A stretch of 64,000 nt of DNA from the human T2T-CHM13v2.0 reference genome, Homo sapiens: assembly GCF_009914755.1 (NCBI RefSeq), contig NC_060926.1, one strand, 5' to 3'. Each line of letters starts with the position of its first letter. Within the stretch, counting starts at the first letter, position 1. A program made the translations under genes and the position numbers. The notes under the pieces were generated by a model. The model was not told the origin of the DNA. It ran no database searches and saw nothing but the letters and a program-made list of their open reading frames with translations. Below are positions 16,008 through 28,613 of the stretch, piece by piece.

Positions 16008-16491
16008 TGTCTGATAGATTGTTTCCAGAAATGGCACAATAATTTCTGACCCTGTGTCGACAGCCTTGATTAATCCCCTCTCTCATTGATTCAAAGCTTG
16101 ACTGGGAGATTTATTTTGATCAATGGAACAATTAGCAACTACAGCACAACCAGATACTTGAGGATTGTTTATATATTGGAGTTTGTCCTCTCTTGCTGAT
16201 CTTGGGAATTCACTATCACCATCATGTGAATGAGCTTGGGTTAGCTGCTGGATGAGGAGAGACACATGGAATGAACTGCTAGACATATGAGTGAGGACAT
16301 CTTAGCCCAGACGGCTGCCAGCCAGTCGCCAGCAGACAACCAACCCATGAGCAAGCCCAGCAGAGATGAGCCAAGCTGGCTCAGGCCAGAAATATCCAGC
16401 TGGCGCCCACAATCGTGAGCTAATAAATGGTATTGTTTTAAGCTGCTGAGTTTTGGGGTGATTTGTTATGCAGCAAAAACTAACTGATACA
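16008..16491 (+). mobile_element. MaLR LTR (MLT1F/G/H-like)
   Basis: Ends aataaatggtattgttttaagctgctgagttttggggtgatttgttatgcagcaaaaactaactgataca, a typical MLT1 3' terminus. Confidence 0.8.
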
Positions 16492-18417
16492 GGGGTGTGA
16501 TTGATAATATATCCTTTCCCTCACCCAGTTTGGAAGCACTTGTAAAATAGGCACAAGAATCAAGCTGGAGAGGAAGTGGCTTTATTACTGTTAAAGGCAA
16601 GGTTGAGGAAAGTGGCTTTTGGTTTATCACCCAAGTAGATGTGTTAGTAGTCCTCTGGCACTTTGGTAGTGAGGCAGTGATTGACAACGCTAAGCAACTG
16701 CTGGCCTCTCCTTGTGTGCATTGCCCCATCTGTCTTACAGCACTGAGGAGTAGAGCCAGATGTGTGCACAGTGTGGGGAACCCAGAGAGCTGAGCCCTCT
16801 GTGCACGGCCGTTTCCTTCTGCAAATCTCACTGCTCAGCAAAGTATTTTTTCTCGTCCTGGGGAGGAGTGAGTAAGGGGCCAGCACGCTGGGGGAGTTAC
16901 TCTAAGGAGATGCTTCCACATGGAAATGTAAAGCAAAAGGAAATGGCCACCCTCCTCACAATGGAGATGGAGGATGGAACAGATTACTCTGGATTGCTTT
17001 GTTTTTTTCACATTTCTTTTTAATTTACGACACAATTGGCTTATACCTTCATGTGCTATCTCGTGGCACATTGTTTAATCTGTGTGTGTGCTGCATTCAT
17101 GCCATTTTGTATGGAACGTGGTTTTACTCTTTTAAATTGTTTGAGATTTACAGCTTTGTTCTTCCTTTTATATCATATATTTGATTTTATTGATGGAAAG
17201 TCATCAATAAAAGGCATGAAACTGCCTGTTAGAACACTTCCTAAAGGAATCTCTGATCAGTTTTCTGGGAATATATGTATTGAGGTGAAATAGAAGACTT
17301 CCTGTCTATGGGTCAGTTCTCAGTAGTGAGTGGATATTCGTTAATAAAGTGTCTGTTTTTAATCTGCCTTTTTAGGGTCACAAATCAAAAACTAAGAGAA
17401 TACATTGCCTAATTTATAATACATACAAGGCTGGGCTTCTTTTTTTTTTTTTTTTTTTTGAGTTTTGAGTTTTGAGTTTTAAAGCTCCTGAAGAAGACAG
17501 AAGTAGTCAATCATTGGTTGTGAAGTATCTGTAGCAATACAACTGAAATTTCAAAAGAGCAATGCTGTGACTTCGTAATGGGTGGCTTTATATGAAAGTA
17601 GATGCTTTCTCTTTATCTCAGTTTTACTTTGTTGTTCTTCATACAAACATACGTTTACCATGAAAAAAGACTGTATTTATCATGAAAGGAGACTATATAC
17701 AAATATTGAAGAAACCAGGTGCTGAAATAGATCTAAATTAACCTCAGATTAATGAATTAATTTATTCATTCGTTAATTGGTGTTTATTAGGGTAGTAAAT
17801 CAAGATAGGACCAGATATTTCATTAATTTTATTTCAGGATTGGGTCTAGAATTTTAGATTCAGATACATTCATGAACGAACTTTCAATTATCTGCCTTAT
17901 GCACTGGCATATGCTTGTTGTTTAATGTATCCTTTTGCTTTACTGAAGAGGCATAAATTCATTGAAAGAACCTAAATGCGACTGAGATGCTTTTTTCATA
18001 ATATTAGTCTTGGAGCAACTGGAGAGGAGGCACAGGGTCTCTGCGAGCAGTCAGTTTGAGTGATAGCCTTTCAGTCAAGCTTTCATTGTCTTTCTCACCT
18101 CACAAGACAAAGCTGATTTTTTCGTAATTAGCCTTAATCAAGAATTTGGACCACTTCTTTTTCCAGGAGAGGAGAGTATACATAAAATAATGAAGCTTTT
18201 ATCATACTATCTAATCCTTTCTCTGTTACATCCTAAAGTATGTGATGTGATTTTTTTTTCTTCCCGACCAATACATGTCTTTTTATTTATTTGTCAAAAA
18301 ACTTCATCCTCCAGTAGGTGCAGCCTTAGACTATTTCTTTCACACCTTGTGCCTTGGGGAGGCTGTCTCTGACATGCACAGGCACTTATACGTGTTGTGG
18401 ACTAGCTGTTAATGAGT

Positions 18418-18492
18418 CGAGCTAGGAAAGCCCCTACATAACGGCCAGGCTCCGTGTCGATAGTCGGGTGGCGGCAGCGCAGTGGGGCGGGG
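18418..18492. promoter_or_regulatory. Candidate regulatory element: CpG micro-cluster with GC box
   Basis: 8 CpGs in about 72 bp of non-repeat intron; GGGGCGGGG at 18484-18492. Confidence 0.4.
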
Positions 18493-19259
18493 GGCAAGTT
18501 CTCATTCATTGTTTCTTTGTCCCTGCCCCCTTAACTTCCCCACTAGAGTGGCTTAATATGTTTATCTCTTACCTTAAAATGGAAATTTATGCTAAATTTA
18601 ATATAAACTTAAATTTGTATCTTGTGAGGAGGATGTAGCTGCATTAGAATATCTGGAATATCTCTTCTGTACTAAATATCCAGTGTCTAATAATAACTCT
18701 TCTTTACTAAGTCTTGTTAGCAGAGGCTCAATTGGCGGTGGTAGAAGTACCTAAGGCAGAAGAGAAGGCCGTGCCAATGTTCTGCTTTGACTTAATTCAG
18801 GGGCACATTTAAGTAAATTAAAATGGTCAGGTGGTGAATCCCTATAGTGAATTGAATTTATGTTCTCTACTTTGAGTAATTATTTGGTATGGCTTCAAGC
18901 TGTTAGATTATGTTGGTGCATGCACATTTAGGGGAAGAAAACCAATAAGGAATGGTCTTAAGCATGAGTAAATTTAGGGGCAAACATTTTCCCTGATTAC
19001 TTTTCTACCTGGAAGCTTGTGACTTATGAGAAAAGTCATAAAGAAATTGAAATGGGAGGCTCTAGGGTAATAGAGTAAGCATTTTAAGTGGTAAAACCTT
19101 CAACTGCTTTGTAATGAAAGATTCCTTATCTTGTGTGATTGAGTTGCTTAGGCGAATTCATGTATTTATACAAAGTACAGCATTTCCAAGTGTTTAAGGA
19201 CATTGCTTTTTTTTTGGCTGGAAAATTATAAAGACTGTAAGCATGATACCTAGTCACCC

Positions 19260-19410
19260 AGAGCTTTGAATTCTGGCTCTATTGCTTACCAAGACTGGGA
19301 TGCGAGCCTCATTTTCTCATTTGTAAAATAGGGATTATAAAACCAACCTCAGGGAAGGTGTTCAGGGTTGAATATGATAAAAAATGAAAAGCACTGAACG
19401 CATAGCAAAA
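19260..19410 (+). mobile_element. MIR fragment
   Basis: gagcctcattttctcatttgtaaaatagggattataa core. Confidence 0.65.
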
Positions 19411-21164
19411 GGTCAGGGAAGGTTCTCTTTCTATTTTCCCTTTGCACCTTTCCTTTTAAACTCACCTAGTATCATGTTTCACATTGGAATATGAGAGTAA
19501 TCACTGATCATATCAGTGTGTGCAGTTTACGAAGTACACTTTGCCAGCATTCCTTTTCATATCGTGCGCAAGTGAATATTATTCTTGAACTTGGTGGTTG
19601 TTATCTGCTGAATCTTACAGTCATTGCCATTTCTACACTCTGCAATGTCTATGAGCGTTTATTCAAAAGGTGCCAAACATTAGACTGGCCAGTGTGTTGC
19701 TGTTGCACAGTGTAGTGTTGTCACGGGCTTTTTGATGGTGTTATTTTGTGTCTTGACCTACTACAGTTTGCTTTTGTAATGTGATTGTGGAAGTGCTGCC
19801 AAACAATCGCTTGTCATCATTATAAGGTGCCACTGTAAGGTGAGAGGACAGCAGCTCACCTCGTCCTCACTCACAAGGGCCTTGGCATCTCACTGTGAAG
19901 AGAGCTGCTGCTGTTTGTTTGGGTGGCAAGAGCAGCCAAGAACATGTGTGACTTTTGTAGACCAAGTGGAAGGTCATCACGTGTCCAGCTGGTGCTAAAC
20001 TTCTTCCCAAATCGCTGGCACATAGTGCGTTAGCAGTAGATGACCTGTTTGAAGGAATTCGTGCATGAATGGATGAAGTCAAATGTAGCATTTGTTTATA
20101 TTTTTTATGTAATCAAGCCACTTTCTTCTAAACTTGAGGAATTTCCTATAAAAATTAGCTTTTCAATGAAGAATCTGCCCATGCCCTGTGGGTTTTTTCT
20201 TCTAAAACTGTTACAGGATCCCATAGAAGCTCAGTCACATGATAAGTAAAATCGTACTGCATGTTTAACATTACTTATTTAGTCTATCTTGTGCTTTGCA
20301 TGTCAGTTTTTACTTATTAATTGACTGAAACATTCCATTTTTTAGAGATGGTAACTATTACACAATCCTTTTTTCCCTAAGTTATATCCCACTTGTACTT
20401 TTCAACCTTTGGGGTTTTTTTTTTTTTTTTTTCATGTTTTCTAAATATGAAGCCTTCATTATTTTCCATCTATGATTTGAGGACATTGGCAGTCTTCCAA
20501 GTCATATGAGAGCTGGAGAACATGAAAAATCTGCAGCATCCTGCGCCTAATAATTTTTGTACTTACATATTTTTGTTCTTTTTCAGTTGGCTCAATTTTA
20601 TGTTTTCTTATGCTGCATCTCTTTATTCTTACAATCTTATGTATTTGGAGCACGCTAGGACTTCTCATTCATCAAATATATATCCTTTCACTCTACCTAA
20701 ACTCCTCCACAAATGCTGGTGTAGGTTCCAGAAATACAAATTAAAAAGTTTAATGATCGTTCCTAGATTAAATGGCACATCATTCTCTCCCTTACCAAGC
20801 ATTATCGTGATGTTTTAGATTGCAGCCTGATTAGGGGGACGTGAAATTTGTGTGTTCTCTAGAATTAGTGCTCAATAATGACATTACTAATTTGGAATTT
20901 TATAGTTGAAGTTTGCCTTTGCCCACAGCCTTTTGTATCACTATTGAGTGATAAGCAGGGCTCCAGACAAGAATATCCTCGTCATCCCTCCCTTCCTTCC
21001 TCCTTTCCCATTTGAAAATTTGGGAAGACCTCAGATTTATGGGTTGAAAAATTATCTGGAGTCAATGAAAATATAATATCAAATAACACCAAATTCCATT
21101 CAATGAGAACCATCTTTCTCTAAGACTTCAAGATATCCACAAACTCTACGTTGCTTCTCCCAGG

Positions 21165-21360
21165 TAGTGGGGCATGTGGGTGCAAGAGTCCTAATTTCAA
21201 ATCCTAGTTCCACAAGCTGCCAACTGAGTTATGTAAACTCCTGGACTATCAGTGTTTTCAACTGTAGAATGATACCTTATAAAAGGGTTGGGAGGATTCA
21301 GTGAGATACCATCTGTAAAACACTAAGCACATAATAAGATCTCAAAGTATTAACTAATTT
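21165..21360 (+). mobile_element. MIR fragment
   Basis: ttcaaatcctagttccac...ggaggattcagtgagatacc...tgtaaaacactaagcaca. Confidence 0.65.
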
Positions 21361-21736
21361 TTATTAAAATTACTAGGTAGACTCATAATTGAATGGCTGT
21401 ATTTCATTGCTTACATTTGTAACGTCACATTTTCAGGAATTTAATGTCATCATAAAAAACCAAGAGCATTTATTAGTATAAAAATGATATTTAATCAGTG
21501 TTTTGAATGTAACTTATTTATATATTCATTATTTAAAAAGAACGTGACCTGTGTAATTTGGTGATTTTCATTAGAGTTGTGGTTCTTCCTGAAGCTAGAA
21601 CTGAAAATACAGCTTCCTTTATTATTTCATTTTATTACTGCAGAATAGAAAGAAAAAAGAAAGTGAGAAGGAAAAAAAGCATGGTGGATTTGGAAGTGAA
21701 ACAAATGCCATACTATGATTTAACTCTTCTCTTTAG

Positions 21737-21835
21737 ATCTTTTAGAGAAATCTCGGGTTGTTAAACAGCCAAGAGGTGAAAGAAACTTCCATGTGTTCTA
21801 TCAGCTGCTCTCTGGTGCCTCTGAAGAGCTCCTCA
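21737..21835 (+). CDS. MYO1B: MYO1B exon 8: (Y)[32 protein letters not shown](N)
   Basis: cttctctttag| and |gtaagt; 99 nt; LLEKSRV and [11 protein letters not shown] myosin motifs. Confidence 0.97.
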
Positions 21836-21855
21836 GTAAGTCTCTGTTTCTATGT

Positions 21856-21857
21856 GG

Positions 21858-21894
<37 letters not shown>

Positions 21895-22009
21895 GGAGCT
21901 GGGAGTCTCACTGTGTTGCCCAGGCCGGTCTCTAATTCCTGAGCTCAAGCGATTCTCCTGCCTTGGCTTCCCAGAGTGCTAGGATTACAGGCATGAGCAC
22001 TGTGCCTGA
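21856..22009 (-). mobile_element. Free left Alu monomer (FLAM-like) whose tail has become (GTT)n
   Basis: About 12 GTT units then gtctcactgtgttgcccaggccggtc...ggattacaggcatgagcactgtgcctg; 11-bp TSD TGTTTCTATGT (21845-21855, 22012-22022). Confidence 0.88.
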
Positions 22010-22399
22010 ATTGTTTCTATGTTTTAATTTTCAGTGTCACAGCACTTTTTGAAGCATTCTCTTTAAAACATACTCCGTATGCTTTGCCCCTTCCTTCTTA
22101 AGAATATTTTTTATGATTCTAGTTGAAGTGAAGAACATGGTGTATTTGCTTCTACCACACCCCAGGGTTTGTGTAATATTCTTGTACCTCACCAGATACT
22201 GTGCCATACGTCTCCGATGTGTTGAGGACTGTGCAGATGATTCAGTCAACTCAAGTGGAATTTCAGCAGCTAGAACTGCCTCAGTCTGGACTTGGCCAAA
22301 GCTGATTATTAGGGGAGGGACTAATCATACATTTAAAAAATAAAATGGAAGAATATGATTTTTCTGTTTGGGGAGAGAAAATTATCAGGGTTCTAATTA

Positions 22400-23200
22400 A
22401 ATGAGTACAATTCTATAAAAACAAATTGCTAGGTGAATATTTAAGAATAGTGGGGAAGACATTTTGCAGTTGATACAAGAGATAAAGATCTGATATTTGG
22501 GATTTTAGAGAATTAACATAATTCCACAAAGATACTATCTAATAGCTAATAGCTAATGATGAAAAGTAGTGAACAAATAGTTCAAAGAAGAAGAGCTATG
22601 AAAAGTCAACACCACTTAGGAAAAGTCATCTTCACTAATAATCAACAAATGCAGATTAAAACAGCCCTGAAGTATCTACTATATTATTATATATGTAGAT
22701 ATATAATATATACATATACTACATATAGTATAATATATGTAGAAGTATCTACATATATTAGCAAAAGTTATTAAGGATCAAGCTAGCAGAGTTGTCACTG
22801 ATCTGCTTGGAGCTTGTGGTATACCCATCTGTGTAGAGCTGCGGGTGTTACTTCAAAGCGAGGACCTCTTATAATCAGAGCATGCCATCCAGTCACACCA
22901 CTTTTTGGACTATATTCCAACAAAATAATTCAGATATGAATCCAAAAACCAATTGGTATGAAGACATTTATCACTGCTCTATATTTATTATTATAAACTA
23001 GAGAAAACCCAAATATCCAATGGTGAGGGAATCACCAGGCAGAACACATATGTTATAATGAAATAATATATTGAATCACCAGGCAGACCTCATATGTTAT
23101 AATGAAATAATACATTGAAGGTATTTTTTATTATAAAAACTCTGGAAAGAGACTTACCTAGATAAGTATAAAACAGAGTTTGTGCTATCACAGTGATTAA
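22400..23200 (+). mobile_element. Old L1M fragment (ORF2 end / 3' UTR)
   Basis: cttcactaataatcaacaaatgcagattaaaaca and aaaacccaaatatccaa motifs of old L1 3' regions; boundaries approximate. Confidence 0.6.
23029..23116. repeat. 44-bp tandem duplication (2 copies)
   Basis: gaatcaccaggcagaacacatatgttataatgaaataatatatt / gaatcaccaggcagacctcatatgttataatgaaataatacatt. Confidence 0.95.
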
Positions 23201-23373
23201 AGTCATTTTAAGAATAATGCTGTTACTGATATTTGGGTATAATTTGTGTTCTTTTGATTCAATACTTAATATAAAAGCCATGTTACCGATGTGAACAAGA
23301 TATCAAAGGGAATGAGATATTAAAGATTGGATTTATTGAAGCAACTTAACAACTTGTGTCTTTGATTCAATAG

Positions 23374-23477
23374 ATAAACTTAAGCTTGAGAGGGATTTCA
23401 GCAGGTATAACTACCTGAGTCTGGATTCGGCCAAAGTGAATGGAGTGGATGATGCAGCAAATTTTAGAACCGTGCGG
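23374..23477 (+). CDS. MYO1B: MYO1B exon 9: (N)KLKLERDFSRYNYLSLDSAKVNGVDDAANFRTVR
   Basis: ttcaatag| and |gtaaga; 104 nt; frame consistent with both neighbours. Confidence 0.96.
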
Positions 23478-24833
23478 GTAAGATGTAGTACTTTCATCAA
23501 GCTTTAAATTGCATACCACTGCATTGCTCAGCGGGAGCTGGTAGCAATTCTGAGTTTTCTTTAAAGTGTAGCTCATTCTCCCTAAGGTTTTAGAATTATA
23601 CAAGAATTCTATTTTTGTTACTTTGATTTTTTTACTAGCTCAAAAATCACACAAGATTGTGAAGGCCATGCTTTTATTAGAGCATGTGATTTTACCATTT
23701 ATCATAAGGAGCTTTCTTATTCTATTATCCTGGGGTTTGACTCCTTTAAGGTTATTTTTAAATTCCAAGTGTTTTTATGGCAAAAGTTAATTTCCAACTG
23801 CCCTTGGATCATGTTAAATCAAAACTATTTTTGAGACAGAAAAAAATCTTTTTATATAGTTTCAGAAACTCATATATAAACCCGAGCGATTAGCATTCCA
23901 CATTCATTAGAAAAGATGATTTTAAATAACACTATACTCTGTTTTCTGTCTTAATGTGTGATACACTTGACATGATATGGTAACTGGGATTTACTTGCAA
24001 GTGAGACAGCTGTGGTGATGGGGAAAGGGGAGAGTAGGATGAATTATAGATAAAACAAAATTGGCATCTGTTAATTGTTGAGGGTGAGTGAAAGGACATG
24101 CGGGTTCTTTCCCTGCTCTCTCTACTTTTGTATATGTTTGACAACAATAACAAAAACTTACATTACTCCCATTGCTGTGTAGCCTAGTCATTTTTAAAAA
24201 GCCAGCTGTTCTCAAAAAGAAAGTATCTCTTACAGTATGTCGTTTTAAAAAACTGTATAAACATCTTCATATGGAAGCAATAGTCTGTTGATCCCTGGAC
24301 ATGATTTTGTTTAAACCTTGAGTCCAAGACTGGTTTTAGAACCACTTTGCCTGGCACGTAATTGGCACTCCGTAAAAATTTATGAATGAACAGATGCCTC
24401 CTGTTACCCAGTATCTTGGGCTGGGCTCTTCACCTTTGCAAACCACAGTTTTTCTGATATGTAAAATGAATGAGGAGCTTTTCTTTGTATGGAGTTGTGC
24501 AAGTTGGTTTTGTTTCTAGTAGCAAAACCTCAGTGTAAAAAAAACGACATACATACAAACTGAGCTGCTGTGGTTGAAGTGGAAGTAGGGACCCAAGGCT
24601 CTGCTCCCAGCCTCCTGTTTCTTCTGTCTTCCTCTTTATGTGCCCTGCAACCCCCGCCACAGCACCAGAGGTACCCCCAGGGTTCCTCGAATCACAGTTG
24701 GAAACCACTGAAGATATAGCTTTGTCTTTTATGGGTTTTTTTCCCCAGAAATAAATCTGTAATATGATTCATTAAAAAAGAAAAGAAAATAACTATAAGA
24801 AAAAAATAGTTGCTTTTTTTTTTCTCTCCCCAG

Positions 24834-24981
24834 AATGCCATGCAGATTGTGGGCTTTATGGATCATGAAGCTGAGTCTGTCTTGGCGGTGGTGGCAGCAG
24901 TGTTGAAACTGGGGAACATTGAGTTCAAGCCCGAATCTCGAGTGAATGGTCTAGATGAAAGCAAAATCAAAGATAAAAATG
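24834..24981 (+). CDS. MYO1B: MYO1B exon 10: NAMQIVGFMDHEAESVLAVVAAVLKLGNIEFKPESRVNGLDESKIKDKN(E)
   Basis: Long pyrimidine tract then cag|; donor G|gtacat; 148 nt; LKLGNIEF motif; visible in ORF 24810..25097. Confidence 0.96.
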
Positions 24982-25263
24982 GTACATCCGTGGAGAATCA
25001 ACTTTGTTTGTTTAGGAAACTTGCTTTGAACTTCTCCCCACTTTTTAATGTAGAAAGTAAAATTTTTGCTTTGCATTGGTTTGAGAAAGCTTTCTAATGA
25101 AACTGAGCAGAAATAGAACTGTGGCTAAGCTTTGTTTTTTGATGTATACATTTTATACTGATCTGTTTGATTATGATTTAGAAAGAACATCCTAAGCCTT
25201 CAAAATTATTATTAGCAGCACGTGTACAGTCACTTTTTGTGTCCATCCCCTGCCTTCCCACAG

Positions 25264-25382
25264 AGTTAAAAGAAATTTGTGAATTGACCGGCATTGATCA
25301 ATCAGTTCTAGAACGAGCATTCAGTTTCCGAACAGTTGAGGCCAAACAGGAGAAAGTTTCAACTACACTGAATGTGGCTCAG
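25264..25382 (+). CDS. MYO1B: MYO1B exon 11: (E)LKEICELTGIDQSVLERAFSFRTVEAKQEKVSTTLNVAQ, includes TEDS-rule site (Glu)
   Basis: ccttcccacag| and |gtgggt; 119 nt; the residue 16 upstream of the DALAK Asp is E. Confidence 0.96.
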
Positions 25383-25454
25383 GTGGGTGAAACATAATGT
25401 ACAGACGAAAGTTTCTTAAAAGTCTGTGCTAATTTTCATATAAGTATAAACAAA

Positions 25455-26065
25455 GATTTTAGTTTACAGGCTGTTACCTGAATCGTACTATGTTCTAGGC
25501 ATTGGGAACAGAGCAGTAAACTAAACAGATAAGGATCCCTGCCCTCATGGAGCTTAAAATTCTGGTAGAGGGAATTAGATGATAATCAGTAGACATAAGA
25601 AACAAGTGCTGTAGCAAACTAGCCCGTGGTATGATCAGTGAACTGAGAGCAACAGTAGAGCAGAGTAGGGGAGCTCCCTGGGGCAGGGAAGGAGACTCAA
25701 GTGAGGTGGGAAATGACTGAAGGGTTTTGAGCAGAACAGTGGCATGACTGCCTTGTATTTCAAAGGGTCACTCTGGCTGTGATGTGGAGAGCAGAGGGTC
25801 AGGGAAAAAGGAGTGAAAGCGAGGGACCTTCGAGGAGATGTGCACTAACCCAGAGATGATGGTGGCTTGAACCAGGTAGTCGCAGTGGAGTCAGTGAGAA
25901 GTGGTCACATTGTGGATATTATTAGAGGGTAGAGGCTACAGGACTTGCTGGTGCTAGCTGGTTTAAGAGGAAGAGAACAATCAAGGGTGATTTAATGTTT
26001 TTGGCCCAAGCAACTGGAAACATGGAGTTGTCATTTACTGATTTGGAGAAGACAGTGGGAGAAGC
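25455..26065 (-). mobile_element. L2 LINE 3' fragment
   Basis: tactatgttctaggcattgggaacagagcagtaaac...ccctgccctcatggagctta...ggagttgtcatttactga. Confidence 0.8.
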
Positions 26066-26992
26066 CAAATTGGCCTCCCTGCCTTACTTCTTGAACCCCC
26101 TCTACCCTTGATATTGGGGCCAGTGAAGTCTTTAGTCTTTGTAAGACACAAATCTGAGCTGCTGCCTTCTCTCCTTTTGCTTCAAGTTAAGTGGGTGGGT
26201 GTTTGGATGGTTGCATGCCTGTATACGTGCATGTATACCCAGGCAGCTTCTGCAGCCCCTTTCACTAAAACCCTTTGTGCTATGGCTTACGCATTTTACC
26301 ACCAGTCAATGACTCAGGCTAGAATTAAATTACTAACTTAGGACTTCCACTCAGGCCCCCACTTTGTCCAACTGTATTCTTGTTGTCTCATCCTCATAAC
26401 TATCCATAAAGCCTCCATAAATGGTAGGGTGGAGCCAGGCTTGCTCTCTGTTGCTGAACCAGCCTTTCCTACTATAATCCAAGAATGCCTTTATGTCTTT
26501 AGCTTTCAACATTGATATCTTATTTTAGGTGAGTTATTTTGGCTGTGGCAAATACCATAACTTTATATATATGGAAATTTGGTTTGTAGCAATCGTTTCC
26601 TAGCTATAGCCATTGCCTGTCCTTCCTCCTAAATTACTGCTTTTGCTGTCATATCTGTCCAAGTCATCCTCACTAATTCACAGTCAGATACGAAGTAACT
26701 TACTTAATCAAGGAAATGCTGCTGAGAGCCTGTACAGCACAAGCCCACACATAGGCCCTGAGTTGGGAAGTAAGAGGTTAGGGAAGACCCCATGGAAACA
26801 ATCAAAGGATTTAGATGTGTGAAGTATGGCTGAAAGGGCATATCAAAAAGAAAACATTGAGAAAAGCCAGATTTGGGGCACATATCAGAAGAAGGATTAA
26901 TCAAGCTTGGCTATAGCTGTAGATATGTAAAGAGGATTCAGAGCAATATGGCTGGAAAGGTGAAGTCTGCAGTCAGAGTGGCAAATCTGCAC

Positions 26993-27186
26993 CAGTAGTT
27001 CTTAAACTTGAACGTGCATCAAAATCACCTGGTGGACTGACTGACTAAACATGGTTTGCAGACCTCACCCCCAGTGTTTGATTCAGTGGGTCTGGGGTAG
27101 GACCGAGGAATTTGCATTTCTAATAAATTCAAAGGTGACACTGCTGCTGCTGCTGCTGGTCCAGGATCACATTTTGAGAGCCACCG
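26993..27186. mobile_element. MER5A (hAT MITE)
   Basis: cagtagttcttaaacttg...aatcacctgg...gattcagtgggtctggggtagg...ggtccaggatcacattttgagagccac. Confidence 0.85.
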
Positions 27187-28375
27187 AGTTTGGACATTTT
27201 CAATAGCCAGAGTGGGAATTGTTAAGTCTGTAAGGAAGCCATGAAAAAGCCTGTGTTGTTTAAGAAGACCCTTTAGGAATATGTATATTTTGGGTCTTTT
27301 TAAAATTGTGTGTTTTACTCTTGCTTTTTTAATCATCCTGTATGGGAACCAGGCCCAGGTGCCTCTGACTTTATAAGCTTATTTTAGTCACCTTACATCA
27401 CTAAAGAAAACTTTCCACATTTTCTTAACCTTTGGCATAAAAGAATTTGGCTAGAGATCCTCAGCTATTCGGCTCCTTAGTCAACTGTTTTTTTTTTTAT
27501 TTTTAATGTAGTACTCAGAGTATCTGGTTCTACTGATCTATTGCCTGGGAGGTTTTGATTGCTGTGAGAAGTGATTTGTTTTATTAGCCTTTCCACATAG
27601 CTTCAATTCCTGGGCCCCAGCATCATCTTTATTGCCCCATGCCTCCTTTTCCCAAGGCATTTAGACCTTTCTCTAGATAGGAGGACTAATACTGAAATAA
27701 TAGAAACTCAAGACAAGAGTTTTTCAGCTTCTCCGACATACTCTCTCCTTGGCTTCTGATGTCCTCTGAAATCTGATCCCACACAGCTTACCTCAGTTTA
27801 TTCCTTGCTAGTTCTCTGTTACCTGCTGCCTCTGCTCCGACCTGCCTATCACCCCCCATGTCATGCTCATTCTTTCTGCCCATCTAAATGCTCTACCTGA
27901 TTGTGCCCTATCCTAGGAGACTTCTTTGATCAAATAGGCCTCCTGAGACACCCCGCACCCCCATCAGAACCTGTTTTTTTTGCAGTTTGGCACCTGTCCT
28001 CTGCTTGTTTCCTCTGTGTTAGTTTGATCTCCTTAGCTCCACTCTAAGCTCCTGGAGGGCAGGCCCCATGTCTGTGCATCTCTGAGTCTCCACCTTGCTT
28101 TGTCACTTGCCGTCCTAGACCATGCCTGTTACTGGCCATGTCTGCAGCACATTCCACCTGGGCTTTTCCTCTCTGAGTTTCATGCAGCTGCAGAAGTGCA
28201 TGGTCTTTTCATAGTGTGCTTTGAAACTGAGATGGTGAATTAGTGCACTTTGAGTCTTCCCTCGTTTCTACACCCCATATTAGTGGTCCTTAAGTGGGAA
28301 TAGACATTCCTTCCCTTACTGCTTTATAGGATAATGTTGTGGAGATTTGGTGGCATGAATCAGGCTCAGGAAGTC

Positions 28376-28613
28376 AGGGGTGGCACATTGGCAGCCAGGT
28401 GGCAAATTGGCAGCTCCTAGGGCCAGGTAAAGCTCAATATTTTTAGTTGACTAAAGGGTAGTATTTTCTTTGGTTTTGTTTGTTTGCTCTTTAAGTTTTG
28501 AATTTGAGTGCCTTTAGCCTGGAATGCATCCTCTAACCCCAATAGAGAGAGCCATCATTTCCTGTTCATTTCTATCACACAGTCCCTGGAAACATTTGAG
28601 TTTGAGACCCCTG
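28376..28613 (-). mobile_element. hAT-Charlie MITE (MER102-like)
   Basis: Terminal inverted repeats caggggtggca ... catttgagtttgagacccctg. Confidence 0.55.
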
